Assembly: GCF_902713615.1 (NCBI RefSeq)
Contig: NC_052150.1
Coordinates: 93,627,206-93,691,205, forward strand
Length of the DNA: 64,000 bases
Source: Scyliorhinus canicula
Lineage: Eukaryota
Direction: 5' to 3'
In this document: one piece after another, positions 63,101 to 64,000 of the stretch
How the letters are laid out: each line of letters begins with the position of its first letter
Numbering within the stretch: the stretch's first letter is position 1
Translations under genes and position numbers: made by a program
Notes under the pieces: generated by a model
Seen by the model: only the letters and a program-made list of their open reading frames with translations
Told to the model about the DNA's origin: nothing
Databases searched by the model: none

Positions 63101-63145
63101 CCCGCTCACTATCACACTTAGAAATTTTTCCGGAGAATCGTGCCC
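60114..63145 (-). mobile_element. Non-autonomous PIF/Harbinger element carrying a degraded 3-exon Myb/SANT + coiled-coil gene
   Basis: TIRs GGGAGCGATTCTCCGG / CCGGAGAATCGTGCCC; TSD TTA; ATG at 62903 (ASRFRDADL...VWNEVAMAVSAGSVTRSTG, Myb/SANT-like); exon 2 at 62407-62264; exon 3 from 62158. Confidence 0.85.
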
Positions 63146-63307
63146 TTAATTTGAAGAAAATAAAAATAATTATAAATCCAAGAGAAAAACCTGAAATTGA
63201 TTATCTCTAACTGGGGTGGTCTATCTTCAACGTCAGTGAGAACTGAAGTAACACTATCAACCATATCCTCCCATCCTTCAGCCACTCCCGCTCCTCTTGC
63301 CTTTTCC

Positions 63308-63530
63308 TTTTTTTTTCAATTTACAGTACCCAATTCATTTTTTCCAATTAAGGGCCAATTTAGCGTGGCCAATCCACCTCCCCTGCCCATCTTTGGGTTG
63401 TGGGGGCGAAACCCACGCAGACACGGGGAGAATGTGCAAACTCCACATGGACAGTGACCCAGAGCCGGGATCGAACCTGGGACCTCGGCGCCGTGAGGCA
63501 GCAGGGCTAACCACTGCGCCACCGTGCTGC
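63308..63530 (-). mobile_element. tRNA-derived SINE
   Basis: Head GCAGCACGGTGGCGCAGTGGTTAGC...GGTTCGATCCCGG; A-rich tail. Confidence 0.85.
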
Positions 63531-63891
63531 TCCTTCTTGCCTTTTTCAGAGAAATGTGACATAAAACACTCCCCTCCCCAACCCAAAGGATAATAATACA
63601 GAATAACCAAAAGCAGTAAAATTGAGCACAAATCACACTTCCCACAATTGACCCAAAATGATCTCGCTCGAACAGAATAAGGATAATTGGTCCTTATCCT
63701 TATTCACAAACAATTACATTTCACACTCCCCTGCAGGAAAAAAGACAGCAATAAAAAGTCAACAACATTACTGTATCAATGTTCAGGATTAGAGAAGAAC
63801 TGCAGGATAAATTGCAGGATGAAGACGTCTTCCATGTTGCTCGAGAAGGCAAAGGATAAGGCAGGATCAACGAGCACTCTCAGGGTTCTCT

Positions 63892-63978
63892 CAGTAAGAA
63901 GTCTGACAACACCAGGTTAAAGTCCAACAGGTTTGTTTCGAAGCACTAGCTTTGTGAGCGCCGCTCCTTCCTCAGGTG
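63892..63978 (-). mobile_element. Penelope-like pseudo-LTR fragment with a mutated hammerhead (63944-63978)
   Basis: CAC-CTGAGGA-A-GGAGC ggc GCTCA-CAAA-GC-TA-GTG; GAAA is changed to CAAA. Confidence 0.7.
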
Positions 63979-64000
63979 TGTGATCGGGTTCTGTGAAGCA

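Noticed and set aside
63440-63530. tRNA genes at A/B-box sequences (here and at other SINE heads)
   Set aside because: Each continues into a SINE body and tail, and I cannot fold a complete cloverleaf.

Overview
Eukaryotic, repeat-rich genomic DNA, most likely from a cartilaginous fish (shark or ray); this is inferred from the NPY sequence and HE1/V-SINE-like repeats. The only host gene I can support is a complete neuropeptide Y (NPY) gene on the minus strand. It has a non-coding exon 1 (~15989-16075) behind a CATAAAA box and coding exons at 15074-15261, 7780-7860 and 3293-3317, giving a 97-aa prepro-NPY. The ORF track shows only exon 2; I reconstructed the rest by hand. The remainder is transposon-derived: CR1, L1 and Rex1/Babar-like LINEs, tRNA-derived SINEs, three Gypsy lineages, PIF/Harbinger elements and MITEs, a foldback Mutator-like element, Penelope-like fragments with minimal hammerhead ribozymes, and two minisatellites. 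The best candidate for something undescribed is a Gypsy family with no tRNA primer-binding site. The 15 nt just after its 5' LTR are perfectly complementary to the poly(A)-signal region inside the LTR, suggesting self-priming or poly(A) occlusion, and a sister copy has YLDN instead of YxDD in its RT. The second candidate is a ~470-bp Penelope-derived cassette with tandem and perfectly palindromic hammerhead ribozymes. Boundaries of degraded repeats are approximate, and family names are from recognition, not database searches.
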